Shown: positions 34,785 through 45,537 of the stretch, piece after piece
How the letters are laid out: each line of letters opens with the position of its first letter
Position numbering within the stretch: position 1 is the stretch's first letter
Origin: an uncultured Candidatus Peribacteria bacterium
Lineage (GTDB): Bacteria > Patescibacteriota > Gracilibacteria > BD1-5 > UBA6164
Direction: 5' to 3'
NCBI GenBank assembly: GCA_964586815.1
Contig: CAZPIB010000002.1
Coordinates: 1 to 49,298, forward strand
Length of the DNA stretch: 49,298 bases
Translations under genes and position numbers: made by a program
The notes under the pieces: model-generated
The model's input: only the letters and a program-made list of their open reading frames with translations
Told to the model about the DNA's origin: nothing
Databases searched by the model: none

Positions 34785-35189
34785 TTAATCTTTTATTATA
34801 AATCATAATACTTTTAAGAAAACAGGTACCTGTTTTTTAGTTAATTGACTAGTTCCTCATTTACCATAAAATTTACAATTCATTAAATCAGCTTCTGTTA
34901 AATTAGCTCCTATTAAATCAGCTCCTCTTAAATTAGCTCCTCTTAAATTAACTCCTCTTAAATTAGCTTCTGTTAAATCAACTCCTGTTAAACCAGCTTC
35001 TATTAAAACTTCTTTAATAGTAAAATATTTAATAGAAGTAAAAATTATATTTCAAAAAATAGATTTTATTTCAAATTTCTTTTCTTCTTCTTTATTTTGT
35101 AGTTTAAATTTTGTATGAAGTTTAATTATTTCTTCAACTTCATTTTCACTAAGTTCTATTTTTTTATTCTTTAATTTGTATTTCATCAT
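34785..35189 (-). CDS. Pentapeptide-repeat protein (134 aa).
   Basis: AGLTGVDLTEANLRGVNLRGANLRGADLIGANLTEADLMNC gives about eight A(D/N)LXX repeats. Confidence 0.75.
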
Positions 35190-35238
35190 TGTTTTAGTTA
35201 ATAATATTAAAGTAAGTCTACTTTATCTATTTTTAAAA

Positions 35239-35273
35239 AGAAATCAAAAGATTTTTTAACTCTTTTGATTTCT
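35239..35273 (-). terminator. Intrinsic terminator with a 13-bp perfect stem.
   Basis: The hairpin is agaaatcaaaaga-ttttttaac-tcttttgatttct, with a T-run after it on the minus strand. Confidence 0.7.
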
Positions 35274-35322
35274 TAAACATTTTTAAAATAATATTTATTA
35301 TAAGTTTTTACTTATAATTGTT

Positions 35323-35535
35323 TTATTTAATATTTGCATTTTTTATGTTTTCTGGAATTTCTGTATTATCATACATTTCTATATTGTCATCATCTTTATT
35401 ATTAAGTAGATTTTCTACTTTAGCAATAAACAATCATAAGAATAATCCAGAATATAATTCTTCTCCAAAGTATAATAATCATAACCCTACAGCAAGTAGT
35501 GCTGATAGCATTATATAATAGTCTAATCTTTTCAT
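35323..35535 (-). CDS. Two-TM small membrane protein (70 aa), a holin candidate.
   Basis: The two helices are YYIMLSALLAVGLGLLYF and LYSGLFLGLFIAKV, followed by an acidic C-terminus. Confidence 0.5.
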
Positions 35536-35539
35536 AATA

Positions 35540-35950
35540 TTATTTTTTTTTAAAATATAAAAATCAAAACAGTCTAACTGCTGACCATATAATCCAACTC
35601 TTAATCTTTCAGGCTCCCTCAACCTGAATAGCTTCTTTAAAGATGTTATCAGAGTGAAGCCTTGTAGGTCTTATAATCTCACACTCATTTTCAATAAGAA
35701 TTTTAGATTTCTTAGAATAAAGAAAGTCGTGTAAAATATATCAGATATAATGAGTAGGAGAAAATATAGCTTGCATAAATCTAGGGATAGAACCAAAGTC
35801 AGTTATAAATCACTTGGGAACAAGAATGTAAATATTTTTATTGTTAAAGTTTAAATACCGTACAAATTCTTCCATAACCATAAAATCTTTTTTAGTTCAA
35901 TTTACCTTTGATAAAAGTAAATTATTCTTACTTGCTTGAGTATAGTTCAT
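35540..35950 (-). CDS. DUF1353-like phage protein (136 aa).
   Basis: The motifs are VPKGFITDFGSIPRF and YILHDFLY. Confidence 0.6.
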
Positions 35951-36065
35951 AATTTTTATTAGAAATTAAATCTTTAATTACTTGCTCTCCTATTTTTATT
36001 TAAATCTTCAAGTAAATTATTTGCTTGATGAAGTACAAGTGGAGCTGTAATTTTTCAATCCATAA

Positions 36066-36326
36066 TTATTTTTTACAATTAAGTAATAAATCCTTATGTT
36101 TTTCTTTAATTAATTGTCTAGTTATCTGATGTTCATCTTTACTAGATTTAAGATGAGAGATTATGTCTCATAATTTATTAATAAAAGCTGTGTCTCTTTC
36201 TTTAACTAATGCTAAATAAGAATTGAGAAAAGGTTTCATCATCTTATATAATCAAAGTAATAAAATTACAAGCATAACTACTGCTAATCCTTCATCCCAT
36301 AATGTCTCTATTAATTGTGTTTCCAT
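36066..36326 (-). CDS. Single-TM membrane protein (86 aa).
   Basis: The helix is GLAVVMLVILLLGLY. Confidence 0.5.
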
Positions 36327-36344
36327 TGTTTTTTTAATTATTAA

Positions 36345-36626
36345 TTAATATTTTTTATATCTTATAATTCAATTTTTATAATAATATTTATTATCAGGTA
36401 TATTTAATATATTATATATATCTGATTTAAAATCAAGAGTAAATGCAGGACTTAATATATCTATTAGCTGATTTATTTGTTCTACTGGTGTTTTAGCTAG
36501 TCAATTTTTATCTAGAAGATTATGTAAAGACTGATGAATATGTTGCTGTAATTGAACAATATTGTTTGGATTATTAGTTCATCATAAGTGTTTTGGATAT
36601 AAATGATGATTGCTTAAATTATTCAT
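36345..36626 (-). CDS. HNH endonuclease (93 aa).
   Basis: The motif is HHLYPKHLGGTNNPNNIVQLQQHIHQSLH. Confidence 0.65.
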
Positions 36627-36629
36627 AAT

Positions 36630-37058
36630 CTAATCAATTATTAAATATTCTGTTGGTATAGTTTCTCAACTTATTTTATTTATATGTTCTTCTCTTATTA
36701 TAAATGTTCAAGGTGTTTTTTCAACTAAATCTGTATTCTTTTTAATCCAATCAATAGCTTCTATTGTAGTATTAAATATTTTAATATTAAATTCAGCTCA
36801 TACATTAGTTATTGATTTAGATAAATCTTCTGCTTTAATATATTTTTCATTATATTCTCAAATTAAAAATCTAGTTTGTTTTTTAATTCAAGGAACTATT
36901 TCAGAAGTATATCTATTTTCTGAAATTTCATTATCTAAGGTTTTAGTTAAGCCAGCTTCTAAAAAATCAGAAAACTGTTTATCTAAGAAATAAGATGGAG
37001 TATATCTTACTCAAGTATTAGTCCATTTATGTCTATATGTTCAATATATTTTTTTCAT
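36630..37058 (-). CDS. Hypothetical protein (142 aa).
   Basis: The ORF is open with TGA=Gly and has a TAG stop. Confidence 0.5.
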
Positions 37059-37060
37059 AG

Positions 37061-38406
37061 TTATATTATTTTATTAGAGTAATAAAGTGCTTGGATTTGT
37101 TGTGGTGTTAGGGCTTGGTTATAGATTTTTATATCTGAAATTTTTTGTCAAATAGTTGCAGACATAGGAGTATTAGAACTATTAAACATTCTAGTATTTA
37201 ATGGCGTAACTCATCCTATATAATTTGATGTTCAGCTGTCTTCTAATCTTCAATTAATATATAGTTTTGTATTATTTCATTGTAATGTAAATGCAATATG
37301 TGTCCATTGATTAAGGTATGTTTTTTTAGCTCTTACAATATTTAAATGCTGTGTTGTTCATCAGTTTCATATACCTACATTAATAATATTATCCCAGTTA
37401 TTAGATAGTCAAAAAATAATATTTTTATAATTAGGATCCCAATCATAACAAAATACTGACCATTGTCAGTTTACTTGATATACTAGTCAACTTATTGTCT
37501 TATCTCAAGCTCAAATAATACTATTTGTTCATAAGTTAATACTAGATGTATTACTTGTTGTTCTCATAACCTTATTTAATCCTAAATTACTTACTATCAC
37601 TCATCAACTTTGTGTTCAGTGATTTCAGTTTCAACTTTGGTCATAATAAGTATTTAAATTATGTGTTCAATCTATATGAAGCACAGGCTTAGGAAGAGAG
37701 AGTGGGGTGTATTTACTAAAAGCTCAATTATTTTGTTGTATTATTGAAGGTCAAAATTTTCTTAGTCATTCTAGGTAGAGGTTATTTATTTCTTTTTGTG
37801 AAAGAACTCTGTTATATATTCTTACTAATCAGATATTTCAATTAAAATAAAATCAATCTCAGTTATATCTTCATATTAACCAATTTTTAGAACTATCATT
37901 AGCTTCTATACCTACTCAAGCTCTTTGAACAGAATATGTTACTTCAATTCAATTAACATAAATATGAATAATTTTATCTGCTCATATTGTATATTGTACA
38001 TATGTCCAAGTATTTAATTTAATTATTCAAGAATGAGATGTTGAACGGGAAGCTGTGGTTGAAAAATGACAATCACCTTCTATAGCTCAATCAGATTTAA
38101 TATTAAACCATTTCCAATTCTTAGAAAAAGGCATTTGATTAGTATTAAATGAATTTATTTTAATAAAAGCTCAAACAGAAAATACTCATAAATTGTTAGT
38201 TGTAGTGCTATTAGATATATTTACTCAACTATTACCCCCATTAAAACTTCCACATTTTTTACATACCCTCTATCAGCATTTACCCAAGTTACATTTGTAG
38301 CTGTTCAATTATTACTTCAAGCTGTATCATTAGCATTTCAGTCTAATAAATATTCAGCTACAAGTCCATCTCTTGGGATTGTTTCATATCAATAATATTG
38401 TGCCAT
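37061..38406 (-). CDS. LamG/concanavalin-like domain fibre or receptor-binding protein. It is about 448 aa if the two frames are joined by a -1 shift at 38254-38260.
   Basis: The N-terminal 51 codons (GLVAEYLLDGNANDTAGSNNGTATNVTW...GYVK) and the 398-codon downstream frame (CGSFNGGNSGVNIS...) form one continuous LamG-type sequence. The downstream frame was hand-scanned and is open, but has no start codon near the junction. Confidence 0.65.
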
Positions 38407-38417
38407 ACTTATTTTGA

Positions 38418-40253
38418 TTAAGAGATATTAATTAAACAACTGAAATCTGAACCAGCTACTGCACTTCAAACTTGTGTTATTTTTAATGTAAATACATCTG
38501 TATTTACTAAAGCTGTTGCTATATTTAGATTTGCTATATGCCTGCCATTTATAGCAATTCATCACCCATTAATTATACTTATATCTTTATTTAGACTAAT
38601 TCAGTTTTTATAGCATTTAACTATAAAATTAGCACCAGTATTTGCAACTTGTAAGGCTATTTTTATATTTCATACTGTTTTATTTCAGTCAGCTATATAC
38701 TCAAAGAATTCAGTTCAAGCTATTTGTGGTCAAGCTATTTTAACTGTTTCTATTCATCAGCCTCCTCATCAGGCATTATCATCTACATATTTTTTAGTAG
38801 CAGGATGATAATTTGTTGTTGGAATAAAACTTGTTGTATTATTTTTTTCTAATACATTAGTCTTATCTGCTTTAGTGTTATCTGATGGAGGTGTATAATT
38901 TCACTCTAACATAGTTCCAGCAGTAGTTCAAAACTGTAATTTATTTTTAATAAAAGTATCTAATGTATTATTTATCTCATTAAAATCAGATTGTACATTA
39001 GCTTTTGCATTATTTTCAATGGTTCATAATTTAGTTTTCTCTATATTTGTAAATTTTTCTCAATCAAGATTGATTATTGGATTCGCTGGATCTAAATTAT
39101 TAATAGTTATGTTACTTCATCAGACTATTGATGATATGGTTCAACTTCAATTTGTTACTGTGAAAGTTGAAGTAGTTCCATTTTGATATGTAATTGTGTA
39201 AGTATCTATAAGTCAAACAGTTCAAGTTTTTGTTGTACTAACAATTCAACTTCAATTTGTTATTGTATATGTTGTGTTTGTTCAATCTGTGAAGTTAATT
39301 TGATAAGTATCTATAAGTCAAGTAGTATTTATCTTTACAATATTAATAATTCAACTTCAATTTGTTATTGTATATGTTGTGTTTGTTCAATCTGTGAAAT
39401 TAATCTGATAAGTATCTATAAGTCAAGTAGTATTTATTTTTACAATATTAGCAATTCAATTTCAATTTGTTACTGTGAAAGTTGAAGTAGTTCCATTTTG
39501 ATATGTAATTGTGTAAGTATCTACAAGTCAAGCAGTTCAAGTTTTTACTATATTGGAAATTCAATTTCAATTTGTTATTGTGAAAATTGAAGTAGTTCCA
39601 TCTGTATAAGTGATAGTATAAGTATCAACAATTCAAGTAGTTCAAGTTTTTGTTATGCTTTCAATAAAATTTCAAATAAATAATCAGTGATGTCTATACT
39701 CTATTTTAGAAATAAGGGAACTTACAACAGTAACCTCAGCAGTAATTATTCCTTTTTCAGTAGTAGCTGTATTCTCATTAGTTGTGGATTTTATTGTATT
39801 TGTATTAAGTTTATAATATATATAATTAATTCAGTTAGATAATATTAAATCTTGATCCATTACTTCTATTGTTTCTATTCATTTAGCTATTGGTCATCAT
39901 AAAACTCTTATCTCTACATTTCATAATTGTTCAATAAAAAATGTTGTACTATTTAATTTAGATAAATAGTTGAAAACTAAAGAAGTATCATTGATTTGTA
40001 CTTTTTCTGTACTAAGATGTGATTTAGGCTCAATCCTATCATTTCATCTTACATAAATAGAGTTTCAAACAACTTTATTATAAAACATTTTTTCTCTATT
40101 TAAAATGTTGTCTGGATCTACAATAATAAATCATTTTTGATGTTGTGGTACTTGAGTTACAATTAAAATAATATCTCAACTATCTGCTAAGTTATTTGTT
40201 AATTCTGTTTGGTAAAAATCTTCTACAAGAATATTTTTAGTTGTTTTTGACAT
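38418..40253 (-). CDS. Tail fibre protein (611 aa) with five 35-aa tandem domains.
   Basis: The frame was hand-scanned and is open. It contains the repeat G-I-x-N-I-V-K-T-G-T-x-G-L-(V/I)-D-T-Y-x-I-x-(Y/F)-x-(D/N)-G-T-x-(S/T)-x-(F/Y)-T-(V/I)-T-N-G, the fibre motif HPATKKYVDDN, and a GGGGGG linker encoded tga tga gga ggc tga tga. Confidence 0.75.
39130..39655. repeat. A 105-bp coding tandem repeat of five units inside the tail fibre gene.
   Basis: The units at about 39246-39350 and 39351-39455 are nearly identical. The flanking units are more diverged. Confidence 0.8.
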
Positions 40254-40276
40254 AATATTAAATTAAAATATAATTA

Positions 40277-40561
40277 TTATCTTTGGAGTCTTATTTTAGG
40301 TTTTAATCTTCAAATCATTGCTTTTTTTTGTCATAATCTTCTATTTTTTAATCTTGTAAGAACTCTTAAATTAGATAATTTATTTCAAAAAGAAACTCAT
40401 TTTAAATGATCCACTTCTTTTCAATCTCACTTAGTTACTTTCCCTTTTTTCTCCATAATTCTTCTTGCAAGTGTTCTTAGGACTTTTTCATGTCTTTTTA
40501 TTGGAGATTTATTATATTCTCTCATATATTTATTCATATATTCTGTGCTGTTTGCTGGCAT
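40277..40561 (-). CDS. Small HNH-like nuclease (94 aa).
   Basis: The motif is GKEVDHLKGVSFGNKLSNLRVLTRLKNRRLG. Confidence 0.5.
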
Positions 40562-40621
40562 ATTAATATTATTATAGAATAGTCTAAAAATATAATAATC
40601 AAAAAATACAATTTATCAAAA

Positions 40622-42460
40622 TTAAATTGTATGTTTTGGTGGGAAATATTCTTTTTCTTTTTCTGCTTCTATTAAAACATCTAATTGGTTAAGATAAAAA
40701 GCACTTCAATTTATTCATTCTATAATGATTTTCCAAAAATTTGCCTTATCATTAGAATATTGTATATGTTTCATTATTGGTAATCAAATATCTGAACTTA
40801 ATCAACTTCATCATATTATTCAAGTTCATATTGTACTGTTTCATAAGGGAATAGAAGATACTCAAACATCTGATGCTGTAATATTAATATTTTTAATACT
40901 TTTTTTTGTATTTCTTCAAGGAACAGCCATATATGTAGAAATAGATAAATTTTGTGAAAAATTATCTAACCATATAAAAACATCTGTCATAGACTTAGTA
41001 GTAAAAGGTTTTCATAAAGAAATTTCTTTTAATGAGATTTTTTGTGATATTTCTATTCATATATCATTTTTGATTTCAGATGAAAAAACTCTCACTTTAT
41101 CAGAATTATTATCAGATAAATAAATTTTTCATCAATCAAATTGAATATCTGATGGAGCAAGTCAAGTATATATACTCCAAAATTTATATTGAATATCTAA
41201 AACTGTTATAATTCAACTTACTCCAGAAACTTTTTCTCAATAAAAATATAATTTACTTCAATCAAAGGTTCCCATTAAATTAAAATTATAATCTTTTATA
41301 TAATTTCAAATGATTTTTCATTCATCAGTAGCTTCAATAGTAGTTCAAGCTAAATTCTCTTTTAAAGAATAAATATGTTTGTTGGTTGATAAAAAATATG
41401 CATCAATTCATACATCAATTAATGTTTTAGGAGTAATTCAATAACTTTGTGTAATTAGATGTATTTCTGTACCACCAGAAAGAGGTCATCTTAAATAAGC
41501 TATATATGTATCTCATCATATAATTAATCTATCTTTAAATATAAATAAATCATTAATTTTTCCAGAGATATTTCAAGGGATTGATAAAACTGTAGTAAAA
41601 TTATATAAAAATGGATTATTTAATCACCCAGCAGAATAATAAAGAGAATTTTTATTAAAAGTCCAAAATGAACCATAATAAGAAATTTGCTTAACTATAA
41701 ATTCAGAATTTTGTATTCATTTCACTAATCTTAATGCTTTTGTCGCTAATCAAGAAAATGTTGTATTTTCAGTAATTGTTCAATCATTTTTTCAGAAAAA
41801 ATATTTTTCATATTCTTCTCAATTAGATACTTGAAGATACTCTCCTAAGGTATCATAGATTTGATATTTAGCTCAAGATTTTAATATTATAGTAATCCCA
41901 GCTCAATTTAATGTATATTCTAATGTTGTAGTATCATAATCTAAAATAAAAGCAAATGCACCTCTGTATGCTTGTTTATTTCAAGTATTATCAGTAATGA
42001 TTAGATATTTTCAAATTGCAGCAGCTCATAGTGGATCACTTGCAGATTTTTTTACTCTTTCTCAAGCAGATGAATCACTTCCAGTGATATAAATAGTTGG
42101 AATAGTTCAATCTAACTGTACTGGAAGCAGTATTGGATTAAAAGAAAACTTATTTGAAATGAAAGTAAATCATAAATCAACCCAAGTAGATCAATTTAAT
42201 CTCCATATTTTTTTGTTAAATCATTTTAAATGATGTTTTTTCTTGAAAAAATCTACAAAGAAAAATTGTCAAGACACTCATCAATTTCAAGTTAATGTAT
42301 TTCAAACTTGTAATGTTCAAGGTCTCATTTTTATTGCCATTTGTCAAAATTCAGAAAATCCAATATCAGACTTTCTATTTGTAATTTCTATATTTTGTAA
42401 TTCATCAAAGTCTGTGGAAAAACTTTTTCAAATTCTAAATGATAATGCTTTTTTACTCAT
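40622..42460 (-). CDS. Large structural protein (612 aa), probably a tail or baseplate component.
   Basis: The frame was hand-scanned and is open, and it is Gly-rich through TGA codons. Its position between the adaptor-like and fibre genes supports a structural role. I recognised no motif. Confidence 0.6.
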
Positions 42461-42480
42461 AATTATAAATTATTAAAATA

Positions 42481-43077
42481 TTACCAAATTTTATTTTTAC
42501 TTTTATTTAATCTTTTAATTTTGGTTGGTTGTGGATTAGAACTTCTTGTAGCTATACTTTTTATCATTCAATCAAAAATTGCTTTTTTATTATTTGCTTT
42601 GTCATATACTTTTATATCCATAAAACCAAAATAAGTAGCTTTAATTATAATTATATCATAAAAATGCTCTGGGATTTCAATCAAATCAGTTAAATCAGTA
42701 ATTGGTGCTGGTAATCCTCTGTAAAACAGTTCATATTCTCAAGGTTCTTCACATATTAAAATATTTTCCCATATTCATATTGCTTTTGTTTTATCATTAA
42801 GTCTATGATAATCTTGAAAATCATAAAAGCCTACTTCAACTCATCATTTTTTTACAAAGAAAGTTTCTATCTGATAAGGTATTTCATATTTTACTGTTCA
42901 TTCTATGATTGTTATTTTTTTATTATATTGATTATATCAAAAATTTCTTGCTATTGTTATAGCTCTAACTGCTGAATTAATATATCTGATAATGTCATTA
43001 CTTCAATGTGCTTCTGTTGAAAAAAATGATCCAAGTTCTTTTTGAATTACTGGGGCTATTGTTGATACTGCTATCAT
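42481..43077 (-). CDS. Head-tail adaptor/connector-like protein (198 aa).
   Basis: The call rests only on its position after the capsid genes and on its size. Confidence 0.35.
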
Positions 43078-43191
43078 AATATATTGTTTTATATAATAAA
43101 TTATATTTATATAATATGAATAAATTGATTTTAATCAATAAAAAAAATACCATATTGAAATATTTCTATTTCTCATGTATTTATATTTTTA

Positions 43192-43767
43192 TTAACTTAA
43201 TTTTCAAGACTCTTTTAGTAATTCAAGAACTTTTTTCTTAATTACATCAACATCTCATAATTCTAACAGATTATCTGGTAATTCAACATTCCAAGCAGTA
43301 GCTAATTCTTGAAGTTGTGCAACATTCATATTTTTAGCAATAATCTCTGGAATTTGTTGTACTTCTACTGTTTCAGTTACAGTTTTAATTTCAGCCTTTG
43401 GTCAAGTTTGAATTTTTTCAGTAGCAACCTTATGGATTCAGTCATTTCTATATTTTCTTCCATTTAAATGTTTTTGTCATTGTCCTCATTTTTCTAACAT
43501 TCATCATCTGGGATTATAAAATCCTAACCATTCTACTTGTTGTTCAAAAATAATATTTCATAATTCTTTTCTTTTGGCAGTATATTGTCATTTCTTAAAT
43601 TCTACAAAGTCTGGTCTATCATGGTAGTCCTCTGATGGAGTTCTTCCTAATGTTTTGACATTGTAAGGGCTATAAATCTTTTTAGCTCTTTGTGCTAAAC
43701 TATTAGCATAATCATATAAATAAAAAGTAACCTCTTGTAATTGTTCTTTTGGCATAATATAGTTCAT
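43192..43767 (-). CDS. Protein with a C-terminal HeH/SAP (Rho-N-like) motif (191 aa).
   Basis: The motif is NMNVAQLQELATAWNVELPDNLLELGDVDVIKKKVLELL. An alternative in-frame start lies at 43755. Confidence 0.5.
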
Positions 43768-43891
43768 TAAATATTAAAAATTTCATAATGCATAATTAGT
43801 ATATTACTTTAAGATAAAAAGTCAAAAAAAAAGACTAAAAAAACTTGCTTTTTTATAATTTACAAATAAGATGAGGGTATAAATATTTTTT

Positions 43892-43963
43892 ATGACCAGA
43901 AAAAAGTATTTATTACTTTATTTAAAACAATTACTCTGGTCAGTAATTGTTTTTTTGATTTAA
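43892..43963 (+). CDS. Candidate 23-aa hydrophobic peptide on the opposite strand.
   Basis: The peptide is MTRKKYLLLYLKQLLWSVIVFLI. The ORF embeds a terminator hairpin, so it could instead be a small RNA. Confidence 0.3.
   Translation: MTRKKYLLLYLKQLLWSVIVFLI
43928..43956 (+). terminator. Plus-strand intrinsic terminator.
   Basis: The hairpin caattact-ctggtc-agtaattg is followed by T7. Confidence 0.6.
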
Positions 43964-43968
43964 AAAAA

Positions 43969-44136
43969 ATGAAAGATTATAATAAATGATACTTAACAGA
44001 AGAAATACTATGAAAACTGCTTGTGAATAATATAAATTCTATAATATATCCTCAATTCCCAAAAAAATGAAGGGATGATAAATTAGCAGACAAGTATAAT
44101 ATATTAAATTTTAAAAAGAAATTGATAAGTCATTAA
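43969..44136 (+). CDS. Opposite-strand small ORF (55 aa), moron-like.
   Basis: It is the only plus-strand ORF inside the late module. It has three TGA and a TAA stop and is flanked by hairpins. Confidence 0.4.
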
Positions 44137-44191
44137 GTAGATGATTAAAAAAAGGATTAGATAAAAAAATATTGTTTTTTGAACAATAAAA

Positions 44192-44215
44192 AAGACTAGA
44201 AATTAATCTAGTCTT
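44192..44215. terminator. Bidirectional terminator downstream of the capsid gene.
   Basis: The hairpin is aagactaga-aattaa-tctagtctt, with A-runs on one side and T-runs on the other. The same ctagaaattaatctag core recurs at 48882-48903. Confidence 0.7.
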
Positions 44216-44246
44216 TTCTTAGGTTATAATTATGTAAAGTTATTAC

Positions 44247-45512
44247 CTAAACAACACGGATAGCAGCAAACGCATTAGAATTTGAGTTTTCCATAGTTAA
44301 ATACGTAACCAATGAAGCCTCTGAATTTGCAAAAGTTGAAGTTGCGTCATTCATCACTAATCTAGTTTTACCATTCATACCAGCATTTTTAATTGGGTTT
44401 TTTCAAATAGGATAAATTATTTTACAAAAACTTGGGTCAATTACAAACATTATTCCATCATATCCAGATTGAGAATCTAGTAATGGGTGTTCAATAAAGA
44501 TGAATTCTCCTTGATTAATTCTTAGAGATTCAAACCTTAAATCAACATCTTTTATGTCTGTAACATTTAATCTATTTTCAAATAGAGTAGCAATTGCAGA
44601 TTTTACACCAGTTCCACAAAGAACAATTTTTTTATAAGAACCATCTTTTGTGTATTTTAGTGGGTTGGCTAATGCTTCTTCTAGTGTAGTTCTTGATAGA
44701 GTAGAAGAAATATCATTCGTCCAACCTCTTTTAGTATTTTCAATTACTCATTCCATAGTATAATATGATTTACCAGTAATTGGATCAGTTGATGCAGTTT
44801 TTTGTCCAAACAATACAGCTTTTTCAATTTCAAGTGCATGTTGTATAGTTTTTTCAGCTATAATTGCTTCTCATCCTCCTATTTTATTAGTTAGATTATC
44901 AAAGTCATCTTGACTAAAAGTAGTTAAGAATTTTTGGTAGTAATTGCTTCTATTTTGATTTACTACATAGAAAGAATCAAGGCTAGCTTGTCCTTTAGTA
45001 GAAGCAGAACCTAAAACTTGCAATTCATCTCCAGAAGTAATTGCAGCAGCGGCAACTGTACCAACTCCTCTTTGTATTACTATATCAGTTGCATTAGTTA
45101 TAGCAGATATTCTCATTTGTTCATTAGTAACTATATTTCTGAAAGTTAATCCAGCATATAGTCCAGAAGTTGAAACTAAAGTTAATGTAGTTATTGCAGA
45201 GGTAATAGTTGCATTAGCTTTGAACATATCATTAGCCTCATCTCTTTCTTTCCATTTATACTCTGGAAAATTATTAGATAAATCTTCGTTAAAACCTAAA
45301 TTTTTATAATTACCTCCATTTAATCCTCTACCTAAATTAATAAGTGTGTGCATAAAAGGAGTTCTACCTTTTGCAATTGAAATTACTTCCAATTCTTGAT
45401 TATTATATACTTCAAAAGAATCTTGAGAAGTATTTTTGTCTGTGTTTGCTCTTGCTGGTACTCCAGTAGTAGCTATTACCCCAGTAGGGTAACCATTTGC
45501 ATTTAAAGCCAT
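44247..45512 (-). CDS. Major capsid protein, HK97-fold type (421 aa).
   Basis: The track ORF 44871-45512 extends through TGA codons to a TAG at 44247, and the frame was hand-scanned. It lies directly after an acidic scaffold-like gene, and the local GC is noticeably higher. Confidence 0.75.
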
Positions 45513-45537
45513 AATAAGTTTATTTATTTAATTAAAA

